A stretch of 64,000 bases of DNA from Promethearchaeia archaeon (GCA_029856045.1 JAHQWG010000016.1:32001-96000), one strand, 5' to 3'. Positions 1 through 10,840 are shown, counted from the stretch's first letter. Program-made: numbers and translations. Notes: a model not told the origin generated them from the sequence alone.

Positions 1-146
1 GAAATACCTACAATCGGTGGTTTTTCACTTAAAATTAAAGTCCAAGCAAGGGGGATAATATTTGCAGGATAAGTAGTTATTAAAATTGTTTGTCTTGGAT
101 ACATCAATCCAATATGATTTGTAATTGGTAATTTTTTAAAGCCCAT
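1..146 (-). CDS. Flavin reductase-like family protein, N-terminal part (runs off window)
   Basis: Manual translation from ATG at 146: MGFKKLPITNHIGLMYPRQTILITTYPANIIPLAWTLILSEKPPIVGIS. The YP..vlitt..N....aW...lS..PP.v.is pattern is typical of flavin reductase domains. Confidence 0.6.
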   Translation of the reverse strand, partial: MGFKKLPITNHIGLMYPRQTILITTYPANIIPLAWTLILSEKPPIVGI

Positions 147-218
147 ATGTATATAAATAGATTTATTTTCTTTAGTACTTTACTGACATTAATCTAATTT
201 AAAATTGATTTAGAAGTT

Positions 219-2060
219 ATGTGCGGAATTTTTGGAGTTATAACAAATCAAGAGATACCAATTGGTAAAATAGCACTTGAAGGAATAAAACGGTTAGAAT
301 ATCGAGGATACGATTCTGTTGGTATAGTTTCACAACATGAAGGAAAATTATTTATAAAAAAAGATGCTGGAAAAATTGATGAGGTACATAAAAAGCTTAA
401 ATTGGACGACTTTCCAGGTAAAGTTGCAATTGCGCATACTAGATGGGCAACCCACGGTGCCCCGACAAAAGTTAATAGTCATCCACATACAAATTGTACT
501 AATAATATAGCTGTAGTTCATAATGGAATTATTGAAAATTTCATGACACTTAAAAAAGAACTTATTCGAAATGGGCATAAATTTAGATCTGATACTGATA
601 CCGAGGTAATTCCGCACTTAATTGAAGATAAAATGAAAGAAGGGTTGGATCTTAAAGAATCCATTATTGAGGTTTTGAAAATCTGTAAGGGTTCATATGG
701 ATTAGCCATCTTACACTTGGATTTGCCGGATGCAATTATTGTTGTTAGAAAAGAATCTCCTTTAGTAATTGGGATTGAACCTGGAAAAACAACCTACTGC
801 GCATCGGATATTCCTGCTTTCCTTCCATTAACAAGAATATGCTACATTTTAGAAGATTGTGAAATGGCGATCTTAAGAGCAGGAGAAGTAGATTTTTTTA
901 ATATAAATACTTCAGAAAAGATAGAGAAGAAATCTCAACAAATTGAGTGGAGTATTGATGCAGCTGAAAAGGGTGGTTATAAACATTTCATGTTAAAGGA
1001 GATCTACGAACAACCTACTGCCTTAAGACAAACTTTAAAGATTTCAGAAGATGAAATGAAAACATTTGCTCAGATACTTTTATCTGCTGAAAATATTTAT
1101 ATTACGGGTGCAGGAACATCATTATTTGCATCATTGGCAGGAAAATTTATAATTTCAAGGTTTTTGGGTAAATTCATTCAAGCAATTGAGTGTTCTGAGT
1201 TAAAAATCCAATTAAAGGATTGCTTAAAAGAGAACTCAGTAATAATTGCACTTTCACAATCTGGAGAGACAATAGATACAATTGAAGCTATTCGCTGGGC
1301 TAAAAAAACACAAAATGTAAAAATTTTATCAATAACAAATATAGTTGGTTCTTCAATTACTCGATATTCAGATCATGTGATAATTACTCGAGCTGGTCCA
1401 GAAATTGGAGTTGCTGCTACAAAAACCTATGCTTGTCAAGTTTTAACTCTTGGATTAATATCCTTAGAGATTGCAAAATTGAGAAAGCAAGAAAATGAAG
1501 AGGAGATTCAACAATATGAAAAGGCATTAAAATCAACACCTCAAATTATTGAGGCTTTTTTGGAAAATAACATAAATCTAATTAAAAATACTGTAAAAAA
1601 TTTAGAAAAACATTCGAATTATTTCTTTCTTGCTCGAGGTATATCAATTGGGATAGCTAAAGAGGGAGGATTAAAGTTAAAAGAAGTTGCGTGTAGATTT
1701 ATTGAAGGATATTCTGCTGCTTCGGCAAAACATGGTCCTATTGCATTAGTTCGAAAAAATTTCCCAATTGTATTTATTGCACCACCTGATGAGACCTATG
1801 AGCGATTAATTGGAAATGTAATGGAGTTTAAAGCGCGAGGTGGTAAAATCATATCATTTGTTGTTGAAAGTGATAAAAAAATAACAGAGCTAAGTGATAT
1901 AACAATTAGAATACCTCAACCAGGTAATAAATATTTTAATCTATTCAGTCCAATTACTTTTATCCCTGCACTACAATTACTTGCTTATTATACAGCAATT
2001 TTTCATAATCTTAATCCAGATAAACCGATGAATTTAAGTAAGACTGTTACAGTCCATTAA
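219..2060 (+). CDS. glmS: Glutamine--fructose-6-phosphate aminotransferase (isomerizing)
   Basis: N-terminal MCGIFG, LEYRGYDS, HTRWATHG, HNGIIEN, SQSGET, LKLKE, KHGP and C-terminal NLSKTVTV motifs. Confidence 0.96.
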   Translation: MCGIFGVITNQEIPIGKIALEGIKRLEYRGYDSVGIVSQHEGKLFIKKDAGKIDEVHKKLKLDDFPGKVAIAHTRWATHGAPTKVNSHPHTNCTNNIAVVHNGIIENFMTLKKELIRNGHKFRSDTDTEVIPHLIEDKMKEGLDLKESIIEVLKICKGSYGLAILHLDLPDAIIVVRKESPLVIGIEPGKTTYCASDIPAFLPLTRICYILEDCEMAILRAGEVDFFNINTSEKIEKKSQQIEWSIDAAEKGGYKHFMLKEIYEQPTALRQTLKISEDEMKTFAQILLSAENIYITGAGTSLFASLAGKFIISRFLGKFIQAIECSELKIQLKDCLKENSVIIALSQSGETIDTIEAIRWAKKTQNVKILSITNIVGSSITRYSDHVIITRAGPEIGVAATKTYACQVLTLGLISLEIAKLRKQENEEEIQQYEKALKSTPQIIEAFLENNINLIKNTVKNLEKHSNYFFLARGISIGIAKEGGLKLKEVACRFIEGYSAASAKHGPIALVRKNFPIVFIAPPDETYERLIGNVMEFKARGGKIISFVVESDKKITELSDITIRIPQPGNKYFNLFSPITFIPALQLLAYYTAIFHNLNPDKPMNLSKTVTVH

Positions 2061-2076
2061 TTTTTTATAAATTTCA

Positions 2077-2946
2077 TTAACCTAAAATACTATTAATTTT
2101 AGAGGCTATAATACCTGGGGATTCTCCAAGAAAGCTCTCAGGACTAGCGAAAAGAATATAATAATACGGCATAAAAATAGATTCTTCAGAAGGTCCTACT
2201 CCAGAATTGACGATATATACCCATTTCCTTAAATCTCCAATTATTGATTCTCGATATTTCCATCGTAAAGTCTCTACTTCAGGAATATTTCCTAAATTTC
2301 TTAGGAGGTCTGCAACGGATTTAAAATTAATACCAAAAGAAATTATAGGGGATAAATCAAATGATGTAACACATACTCCTTCAAGTCCATAAACCTTCAT
2401 TTCATTTAAAAATTCATTAAAAACAAGTGTTAATTCATCTTTTTTTGCTTCAATTTGTTCTTTTGCTTTTGCATCTGTAATTATTCCTATAATTCTTTCT
2501 TTTTCTTCAAGATTTATTTTTTTTTCTGGACCAAGTGGGATTTTATTTTGAATTACCCAATCAAATATCATTTGAACTTTTTGTTTTACAGCCTTACTAT
2601 TTAGATAGGTTTCTGTTTGACATGTGATTAAAACATTGCCACTTTGTTTTTTTATTTGCTTTTCTTGGGATTTTTTGTTACTTTTTGTATTTTTACGTAA
2701 GGGAATAAATTCCAATACTTTTAGGTTTTTATCTAGAAGTCTTGCAAATTCAAAAATAGCTGAAACAAATCCAGAAGTCAATTCAAAACATTCGATTGGA
2801 TTGAATTCATTATTATGGTTAAATTCATGAGTTGAAAAATCGAAAAATCTTAGATAAAGAGGGATTCCTTCAGGCTGAGGTTCTATATCTAGATTATAAT
2901 ATGGATACCCAGTAGTCGTTATAACTTGAAGTGAGTAAATTGTCAT
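2077..2946 (-). CDS. Hypothetical protein, possibly longin/roadblock-like domains
   Basis: 289-aa ORF. The start MTIYSLQVITTTGYPYY and the helix ELTSGFVSAIFEFA resemble longin-type folds. Fold call is inference. Confidence 0.45.
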   Translation of the reverse strand: MTIYSLQVITTTGYPYYNLDIEPQPEGIPLYLRFFDFSTHEFNHNNEFNPIECFELTSGFVSAIFEFARLLDKNLKVLEFIPLRKNTKSNKKSQEKQIKKQSGNVLITCQTETYLNSKAVKQKVQMIFDWVIQNKIPLGPEKKINLEEKERIIGIITDAKAKEQIEAKKDELTLVFNEFLNEMKVYGLEGVCVTSFDLSPIISFGINFKSVADLLRNLGNIPEVETLRWKYRESIIGDLRKWVYIVNSGVGPSEESIFMPYYYILFASPESFLGESPGIIASKINSILG

Positions 2947-3058
2947 AGATTCTTAAAAATTTCTCAATTTTTCATATATTCAATATATACTAAAATTTGT
3001 TAATTGGATATAAATAATTATAGAAAAATTAATATTAAAAGAGATAGAACAAGTTTTA

Positions 3059-3652
3059 TTAACCCGAAATTGAAATTATTTCAGCACTTCTTACAATAAA
3101 ATTTGTATCAATATAGAGTAATAGAGCATGGTCTTGATGATTAAAAACTAAAGGAACAAGTTTTTTAGTTGAATTCTCGATTAAACTATTCTTTACATAT
3201 ATTTTAAGAGTTTTTTTACAATATTTACAAAATGCATCTATAAATCTTCCATTTTTACTTGGCACAATTTTTATAGCTTTCTCTACTACTGAGTTAAAAC
3301 CTTTAAAAAAATCATCGTAAATTGCGTCATAGGAATTTAAGATAGATTCTCCATAGATTTCAATAAATTTATCGGAGATATAATCCAAAATCGCCTCAAT
3401 TAACTGAAATTGAACAGATTTATCGGTAACAATCACAAAAACTATATCTTTTTTTTTGATAAATACAACTTTAGAGTCAGCTTTGTTTATATGATAATAT
3501 CTAGATTCTTGAGGAACATCTTTAGCGAGAGTATATTCAAAAAAAAAAGCTTTTGGTAAATTTTTTTGTTTCCAGGAAAAATAGGTGTTTTCGAAACATT
3601 CAATATTAATAAAATAAATCAAATTTGTATAATCTGGGAATTGTTTGGATAT
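3059..3652 (-). CDS. Hypothetical protein, longin-like N-terminus plus C-terminal CxxC...HxxH putative Zn-binding domain
   Basis: ORF track starts at TTG 3622, but the frame stays open to an ATA at 3652 preceded by GGGTG. C-terminus reads CKYC...HQDH.LLYID.NF.VR. Confidence 0.5.
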   Translation of the reverse strand: MSKQFPDYTNLIYFINIECFENTYFSWKQKNLPKAFFFEYTLAKDVPQESRYYHINKADSKVVFIKKKDIVFVIVTDKSVQFQLIEAILDYISDKFIEIYGESILNSYDAIYDDFFKGFNSVVEKAIKIVPSKNGRFIDAFCKYCKKTLKIYVKNSLIENSTKKLVPLVFNHQDHALLLYIDTNFIVRSAEIISISG

Positions 3653-3727
3653 TTTTCAGCACCCTTAATTTCGCATTATATGAATAAAATATATTTTTTT
3701 AAGCTTTTATTTTTAATTCATTCTCCA

Positions 3728-6508
3728 TTATTCTAAAATAAGAACTGGTTTGCCAGGTAGTGCTTGTCCAGCTTTTTTATGTTCAATTTGATCTTCTAAA
3801 TGTATTTCAATGTTACACCCAAAATTATCTTGAAATGTTGGTTTTATTTCATTAAAAAAGTCCATTTCACCTTTTGATGTTAAGACTATTTTTGAATATA
3901 TCCCAAGATTTTGTAAAATATTATTAATAATTTGATTTATTTTTTTCCCAAATTTTTTTAATTCAGCGTCTTGCATAATTATTTTCATAATTTCTCCTTG
4001 ATCTTTAGATTTTTCAATCAATGGTATTAATTTTGAAAATAATTTGTATTTCCATTCGGTTGCAATTACAATTTTAATCAAAGAAATTTTTTGACCCTTT
4101 AAAATTTGTATTATATTTTTTATATCATCTATTGTGTTGTTCATTAAATTCCATTTAAAATCGTTTTCATCTGTTAATAGATTTTTGTTATGGGATGGCC
4201 AAGGACTTTTACTTAAGAAATCTTTATGACCAAGCAGTTCCCATAATTCTTCTGTTATGTGTGGTATAAATGGATGTAAGAGCAGAAGCAATTTTTCTTG
4301 ACATTCTTTATAGAGATGTTCAATAACACCTTTTTTCTTATATTCTTTCAAATTTGGAATGAATTGAACAATTTCATTTATCGTATCACGTAATGCGAGA
4401 TTATTCATGTGCTCTGTAGCTATTTTTATGAGTTTGTTTAATTTATATTCTATAAAAGTATCATTTATATTCCTTTGGTTTCTAATTTTTTCGACAGACT
4501 CTGTAAAAAGTGTCCATAAACCAGAGACAAATTTATATGCAAATCCAACTCCTTGATCAGACCATTCCAATCCTTTCTCTGGACTTGCTCCGAATAATAT
4601 GAAAAATCTAGTTGCATCTGCTCCATATTCATTCATAATTCCAATTGGATCAACGGTATTTCCTAGAGATTTGCTCATCTTAACACTTTTTAGAATATAT
4701 TCAGTTCCACATCGTTTACAAGTATCATCATGCATTTCTGCTTTCATCGCAAAGGTATTACATTTTGGACAATATGGATGTGCTTTATTAATCATACCAT
4801 GTGTTAATAATCGTTGAAAGGGTTCATCATGTGAATGTAACCCAAGATCACGTGCTACTTTTGTAAAAAATCTTGCATAAAGAAGATGCATAATTGCATG
4901 TTCGATTCCGCCAATGTATTGATCGACATTTCCCCAATAATCAACAATATCCTTTCTATATGGTAAATCATTTGTATGAGGATCACAGAATCTAAAGAAA
5001 TACCAAGAACTATCAACAAAAGTATCCATTGTATCAGTCTCACGCCTCCCTGGTTTACCACATTTTGGACATTGGCAATTAATGAAAGATTCAGAAGTTA
5101 TTAAAGGATTTCCTTTTCCAGTAAATTTAACATCTTTTGGTAATTCTAATGGCAAATTCTCATAAGGAACAGGCACAACTCCGCAATCATCGCAATATAT
5201 TATTGGTATTGGGCATCCCCAATATCTTTGACGGGAAATTAGCCAATCCCTTAACTTATAATTAACGGTTGCTTTACCCATCCCTATTTTTTCTAACTTT
5301 TTTGTTATCGAATTAATCGCGGTTCGATTATCCATCCCATCAAATTCTTCCGAATTTACTAGGATGCCATCTGCCACATAAGCTCTTGTCATTTTATCCG
5401 CATTTAATTCATAATCAGGTGGTTGAATAACAACTTTAATCGCGATATTATATTCTTTTGCAAATTCAAAATCACGTTGGTCGTGAGCAGGAACAGCCAT
5501 GACTGCACCTGCCCCGTATTCATAAATGACAAAATTTCCACTATAAATAGGAACTTTTTCTTTTGTCACTGGATTAATCGCATATTTGCCAATAAAAATC
5601 CCTTTTTTATCAACCTCAATATCCGTCCTTTCAAATTTATTCTGCGTCATAACATCAGTGTAAAAAATTTCGAAATCTTTTTCATATTCAGTTCCTTTAA
5701 CCCATTCGCGAACCCAAGGATGTTCTGGAGCAAAAACCATAAAAGTGACTCCATAAAGTGTATCAGCTCTAGTTGTAAATATGTCAATGGTTCTGTCTTC
5801 TCCCACAACTGGGAATTTAATTATCGACCCCTCCGACCTCCCGATCCAATTTCTTTGCATAACTTTAACTTTGTCAGGCCAATCAACATTATTTAAGCCA
5901 TTTAACAATTCTTCAGCATAAGATCTTATTTTTAAAAACCATTGGGTCAAAAATTTTTGTTCTACTTCTGAATTGCAACGCCAACAGAGACCACCTTGAA
6001 CTTGCTCGTTAGCCAACACTGTTACACATTGAGGGCACCAATTAATATAACTATCTTCTCGATAAGCTAGATCTTTTTCAAACATTTTCAGAAAAAACCA
6101 CTGATCCCATTTAAAATAATTTGGATCATGGCTATGAATTTCACGAGTCCAATCATAAGATAATCCTATCCTTTTTTGTTGATTTCTCATGATATCGATA
6201 TTTAAATTGGTCCATTCCTCTGGATTCACTCCCTCGTCAATTGCGGCGTTTTCTGCGGGTAATCCAAAAGAATCATATCCCATAGGATAAAGTATATGGA
6301 ATCCGCACATTCGTTTGTATCTAGTAAATGCATCGCCAACAGTATAATTACGTAGATGGCCTATGTGAAGTTTTCCAGAGGGATAAGGGTACATTTCGAG
6401 TATATAATACTTTTTCTTTTTTGGATCTTTTTGTATTTCGAAGATTTTTGCTTCTTCCCATTTCTTTTGCCATTTCTCTTCTATTTTTTGGGGGTTATAA
6501 TCATTCAT
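3728..6508 (-). CDS. leuS: Leucine--tRNA ligase (bacterial-type core, archaeal-type C-terminal domain)
   Basis: MYPYPSGKLHIGH, DSFGLPAENAA, FTTRADT and GAGAVMAVPAHDQRD editing motifs, DWLISRQRYWG, GGIEHA, KMSKS; ends in ALPGKPVLILE. Confidence 0.95.
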   Translation of the reverse strand: MNDYNPQKIEEKWQKKWEEAKIFEIQKDPKKKKYYILEMYPYPSGKLHIGHLRNYTVGDAFTRYKRMCGFHILYPMGYDSFGLPAENAAIDEGVNPEEWTNLNIDIMRNQQKRIGLSYDWTREIHSHDPNYFKWDQWFFLKMFEKDLAYREDSYINWCPQCVTVLANEQVQGGLCWRCNSEVEQKFLTQWFLKIRSYAEELLNGLNNVDWPDKVKVMQRNWIGRSEGSIIKFPVVGEDRTIDIFTTRADTLYGVTFMVFAPEHPWVREWVKGTEYEKDFEIFYTDVMTQNKFERTDIEVDKKGIFIGKYAINPVTKEKVPIYSGNFVIYEYGAGAVMAVPAHDQRDFEFAKEYNIAIKVVIQPPDYELNADKMTRAYVADGILVNSEEFDGMDNRTAINSITKKLEKIGMGKATVNYKLRDWLISRQRYWGCPIPIIYCDDCGVVPVPYENLPLELPKDVKFTGKGNPLITSESFINCQCPKCGKPGRRETDTMDTFVDSSWYFFRFCDPHTNDLPYRKDIVDYWGNVDQYIGGIEHAIMHLLYARFFTKVARDLGLHSHDEPFQRLLTHGMINKAHPYCPKCNTFAMKAEMHDDTCKRCGTEYILKSVKMSKSLGNTVDPIGIMNEYGADATRFFILFGASPEKGLEWSDQGVGFAYKFVSGLWTLFTESVEKIRNQRNINDTFIEYKLNKLIKIATEHMNNLALRDTINEIVQFIPNLKEYKKKGVIEHLYKECQEKLLLLLHPFIPHITEELWELLGHKDFLSKSPWPSHNKNLLTDENDFKWNLMNNTIDDIKNIIQILKGQKISLIKIVIATEWKYKLFSKLIPLIEKSKDQGEIMKIIMQDAELKKFGKKINQIINNILQNLGIYSKIVLTSKGEMDFFNEIKPTFQDNFGCNIEIHLEDQIEHKKAGQALPGKPVLILE

Positions 6509-6834
6509 ATTTCCTTTTATTCCATTCCATTGTTTTTATTAAAATTATCCACATTTTTTCAATATTATGAATTCTTTTTTTCAATGCTTCTTCGAACCTT
6601 TGAGCTTTAATTCTAAAAATATTTTCTGGATATCAAGAGAGAACAAATCCATAAAAGTTATTAAAAGAAAAAAAGACTCAGGTTCATTCTCTCTTGAATT
6701 AAAGTAATAACAATAATACCACTACTAAGAGTAGTACAAATAACAATATGTTTTGTACTTTTTTCATCAAGAGAGACATAATGATAGATATTATAATTAC
6801 TACTTTTAAAGATTATTATAAGGTCTATAGAAAT

Positions 6835-7935
6835 TTAATTATCAATTCTTTCACGAAGGAGAGTTTTTATTTTTATTGCTCTTTTATATAGGTTTTCAAT
6901 TTTATCGCCAATCTTTTTAAAATTATGCAGTTTATCAGTTAAAGCATAAGCATTTTTAATTATTTTATTTCTAAAAGTTGAATCATGAAGTAACATTTCA
7001 ATTCCACTCAAAAATTCATTATGATGATATGCTTTACAACAAGACTCATTATGAATTAACCAATTAAAGGGTTCAATATCACGGGCTACAATTGGTAATT
7101 TACAAACTGCAGCTTCCATGAGAGGAATCCCTTGATTTTCTACATATGATGGGAATAAAAGAACATCAGCCCCATAATAAGGCTCACAAATATTATCATA
7201 ATATCCTGTAAAAATACAATTTTCCAGCGATGTAGCTTGTTTTACATAGAAATTTTCTTTTATTGGTCCTACCCAAACAAACCAATAATCTGATAAATCT
7301 CTTGCACATTTATAGAATTCATCAACTCCTTTTCTTCTCCAAGTGAAACCTACATTTAGAATGATTTTGGCATCAATTGGAACATAATATCTTTCATTTA
7401 AAAATTTTCTAAATTTTTCTCGATATTCCTTTTTTTCTTTAAATTTTTCAAATTTAACTCCATTGCTAACTGCATATATTGGTGGTTTTTTCTTTAAATT
7501 TAACCTCTTTATTGAATTTTTAGAAAATTCTGATGGAGTTATTATCAAATGTGACACGTTATATAAATATTTAAGATATAATCGAGTTAATTTTGCCCAA
7601 ATTTTCATATTAGGTAAAAATCCACCTTCTAAATCTTCAACTGTTGTATGTGCATGTTGGATAACTGCAGCATTGTGTGTTTTTTTCATCTTATACAATT
7701 GCCATACAGTTAATGGATCAAATGAGGAACTAGATACTACATCTACTTTATTTTTTTGAACCCATTTTGGTGGAGATTTATTCTCACTTGGGACCCATAC
7801 GTTATGACCCTTATTTCTTAATGAATTGATAACATCCCAAGTATTTGTTTCTATACCACCAACAGTTTTAACTTGGGTGAATTTTTTGTATATATGAAAA
7901 TTTTCGATAAAGATAATATTAAGAATTTTTTTCAT
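6835..7935 (-). CDS. Glycosyltransferase family 4 (GT-B)
   Basis: GGIET, HAHT, SNGV, RKGVD and FPSYVENQGIPLMEA motifs. Confidence 0.88.
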   Translation of the reverse strand: MKKILNIIFIENFHIYKKFTQVKTVGGIETNTWDVINSLRNKGHNVWVPSENKSPPKWVQKNKVDVVSSSSFDPLTVWQLYKMKKTHNAAVIQHAHTTVEDLEGGFLPNMKIWAKLTRLYLKYLYNVSHLIITPSEFSKNSIKRLNLKKKPPIYAVSNGVKFEKFKEKKEYREKFRKFLNERYYVPIDAKIILNVGFTWRRKGVDEFYKCARDLSDYWFVWVGPIKENFYVKQATSLENCIFTGYYDNICEPYYGADVLLFPSYVENQGIPLMEAAVCKLPIVARDIEPFNWLIHNESCCKAYHHNEFLSGIEMLLHDSTFRNKIIKNAYALTDKLHNFKKIGDKIENLYKRAIKIKTLLRERIDN

Positions 7936-7987
7936 TTACTTTATATTATTTTTAAATTAATATAATTATTTAATTTTAAAATATTCT

Positions 7988-8986
7988 ATGACGATTGAAA
8001 AAATTAGAGTTTCTATTGGTAGTGCCACGATTTTAGGATTAACTTCCATAAAGCTCGAGACCCCTCCAACTACGGTTTATATTATGACTTACAAGAAAGG
8101 AAAATGCATTGCAAATTGTGGTTTTTGTCCTCAAGCTCGTGATTCAAAAAGTTCAACAGAAAAATTATCACGTATCAATTGGCCAATTTTTCCTTTTAAG
8201 GATTTTTTAACCAAATTGAAATATACTGCTTCTTTAAAAAAATATCAGAGAATCTGTGTTCAAACGCTTAATTATGCCGAGAATTTACAAGATTTAATTG
8301 AAATTATATCTGAGATTAAAAAAGTTACCAATCTACCAATATCTGTGGCAATACCTCCAATATCCAAAGATGAATTAAAGGATTTAAAGTTATGTGGAGT
8401 ACAAAGAGTGGGAATAGCATTAGATGGTGCAACACAAGAAATTTTCGAAAAAATTAAGGGAATAGGAGTTAATGGTCCTTATTTTTGGCGTTCTCATTTT
8501 GATAGTTTAAGAGATGCCTTGGATATTTTTAGAAAAGAACTTGTAACCACTCATATAATAATTGGTTTTGGTGAAACTCAGAAAGCAACATTAAAATTAA
8601 TTGCAGAATTGCATGAGTTGTCTATTTTACCCGGATTATTTGCATTTACACCTATTGAAGGAACGAAATTTGAAAATATGATCCAACCAGATATAAATCA
8701 CTTTAGAAAAATACAATTAGGTAGATATTTAATCGTAAATGATTACAAGAAATTAGATGATTTTACATTTAATCAAAAAGGAGATATCATTCATTTTAAT
8801 TTAAATAAGAAAGAATTAAGAAATTTTGTTGATGAGAGTGAAGCTTTCATGACTACGGGATGTCCTAGTTGCAATCGTCCTTATTATACTTCTAAGCCAT
8901 CAGGGCCAATTTATAACTATCCACGAAAATTAAATGAGAATGAGAAAGATGAGATATATAATATATTATCAAATTTTACTAATTAA
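7988..8986 (+). CDS. lipS2: Radical SAM lipoyl synthase subunit LipS2
   Basis: CxxxCxxC (CIANCGFC) plus the LipS2 signature TxGCPxCNRP (TTGCPSCNRP); adjacent to a lipoate ligase and LipS1. Confidence 0.85.
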   Translation: MTIEKIRVSIGSATILGLTSIKLETPPTTVYIMTYKKGKCIANCGFCPQARDSKSSTEKLSRINWPIFPFKDFLTKLKYTASLKKYQRICVQTLNYAENLQDLIEIISEIKKVTNLPISVAIPPISKDELKDLKLCGVQRVGIALDGATQEIFEKIKGIGVNGPYFWRSHFDSLRDALDIFRKELVTTHIIIGFGETQKATLKLIAELHELSILPGLFAFTPIEGTKFENMIQPDINHFRKIQLGRYLIVNDYKKLDDFTFNQKGDIIHFNLNKKELRNFVDESEAFMTTGCPSCNRPYYTSKPSGPIYNYPRKLNENEKDEIYNILSNFTN

Positions 8987-9003
8987 ACATTTGAAGTGAT
9001 AAA

Positions 9004-9783
9004 ATGGTTCCGTGGAGATTTTTGCCCTTAGAAATCAGAAATGGTTATTGGAATATGGCATTAGATGAAGCAATATTAGAAGCATGTATTGAAAAGAAAT
9101 CTCCAAATACAATTCGGTTATATAAATGGAATCCATCTACAGTGTCTTTAGGATATCATCAGAGTGTATCAGATGAAGTTGATATGGCTGTAGCTAAAGC
9201 GAAAAAAATTAACGTAGTCAGAAGAATAACGGGAGGTGGTGCAGTATTTCATGATTCTGAAGGAGAAATTACTTATTCAATTATATGTCCTTCAAAATTT
9301 TTTGAGATAATGGGATACAGAAGAGTAATTGAACAATATGAAATTATTACTCAAGGAATTATTAATGCACTTGATTTTTTTAATTTAAAAACAGATAAGG
9401 GAGTCATCCATTGCCCAGCGATTTTTTTAGATGGGAAAAAGTTTTCAGGAAATGCACAAAGGAAGAGAAGGGGATACTTATTACAACATGGAACAATATT
9501 ATTAGAAATCCAGCCAGAATTAATGTATTCAGTCTTGAAAGCACCAAAAAACGTCTCAACAAAGAAAATGGTGGCATCAGTGTATGCAAAAGTAATTGGA
9601 ATTAGAGAACAAATTAAAAATTTTGATGAAAACAAATTTATATCTTTTCTTATTGATGGTTTTGAAAATGCTCTAGGGATTCAATTAGAAACTGGAGATT
9701 TTTCACAATACGAGTTAGATTTAGCAAAAAAATTGGTTAAGGAAAAATATAATACGGAGAAATGGTTATATAAATATGAATAA
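9004..9783 (+). CDS. Lipoate/octanoate--protein ligase, catalytic domain only
   Basis: NMALDEA, VRRITGGGAVFHD, KFSGNAQ, LQHGTI motifs; no C-terminal accessory domain. Confidence 0.9.
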   Translation: MVPWRFLPLEIRNGYWNMALDEAILEACIEKKSPNTIRLYKWNPSTVSLGYHQSVSDEVDMAVAKAKKINVVRRITGGGAVFHDSEGEITYSIICPSKFFEIMGYRRVIEQYEIITQGIINALDFFNLKTDKGVIHCPAIFLDGKKFSGNAQRKRRGYLLQHGTILLEIQPELMYSVLKAPKNVSTKKMVASVYAKVIGIREQIKNFDENKFISFLIDGFENALGIQLETGDFSQYELDLAKKLVKEKYNTEKWLYKYE

Positions 9784-10840
9784 TACCCACACTCTATTAG
9801 GAAAAATTAAAACAGGAAATGCTTTATGGGATGATTATTTGGAATTTTTAAAATTGAAAGAAGATGATGAATTAGATTCCTTTTTTCATCTTGCTCAAAA
9901 AATAAAAATTCAAAATTTTAAAAATCAATTAAAAATTTATATTCCTAATAAAAGATTTCCTGCTGTAAGTGTAACTGGAAATGAATGTGCATTAAATTGT
10001 CAGCATTGTAGTAAGAAATATTTGGAAGGAATGAAGCCAATTTTAAATCCTATTGAATTAGAAAAATTTTTACTACATCTTTCAAAAAATAATGGAGTAG
10101 GTGCTTTAATTTCAGGAGGTTGTGATGAAAATGGCTCTGTACCACTAAAAAGTTTTTTGGATGTTATTAAAAGTATAAAAAATAAGACAAATTTAATTAT
10201 TAATGCTCATACTGGGTTACTGGACGAAAATACTGCACAGAAATTAGCAGAATCTAAAGTTGATATAATATCATTTGATATTAATATTGATGAGGAAATC
10301 ATTCATAATATTTACAGGTTGGAAAAAAATATAGAAGATTATAAAAATGCTATTAATCTATTAAAAAAATATAATTTAAATATCATTCCTCATATTTGTG
10401 TAGGTCTTTTTTACGGAAAACTCCATAAGGAACTTGATTCAATAAAATTTATAAAGCAAATATTAGTTAATCCTTCTATAATTGTGTTAATTGCTTTAAT
10501 TCCACCAATAAATTCAGAAAAAGCAAAAAAATTTGTAGCTCCTAATCCTATCGATATTGCAAAAGTAATTGCAGTTAATCGATTTGTATTTCCTAAGGCA
10601 GAACTTTCATTAGGATGTATGCGGCCAAGAGGACCTTTAAGATTTGAAATAGAGAAATATGCATTAATGGCAGGAGTTAATAGAATAGAGATTCCTATGA
10701 AAAAAACTTTAAGTTGGGCAAAAAAAAGATTTCCAGGAATCTCATTCGAGTTTTTTTCTGCTTGTTGTGCCATATCTAAGGATTATGAGAAACTTGCTGA
10801 AAGTTTTGGAAAAGATATTAAAAGATATTCAAAAATATAG
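9776..10840 (+). CDS. lipS1: Radical SAM lipoyl synthase subunit LipS1
   Basis: CALNCQHC, LISGG, the LipS1 signatures GCMRP and C-terminal CC (SACCA); overlaps the ligase stop codon. Confidence 0.85.
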   Translation: MNNTHTLLGKIKTGNALWDDYLEFLKLKEDDELDSFFHLAQKIKIQNFKNQLKIYIPNKRFPAVSVTGNECALNCQHCSKKYLEGMKPILNPIELEKFLLHLSKNNGVGALISGGCDENGSVPLKSFLDVIKSIKNKTNLIINAHTGLLDENTAQKLAESKVDIISFDINIDEEIIHNIYRLEKNIEDYKNAINLLKKYNLNIIPHICVGLFYGKLHKELDSIKFIKQILVNPSIIVLIALIPPINSEKAKKFVAPNPIDIAKVIAVNRFVFPKAELSLGCMRPRGPLRFEIEKYALMAGVNRIEIPMKKTLSWAKKRFPGISFEFFSACCAISKDYEKLAESFGKDIKRYSKI

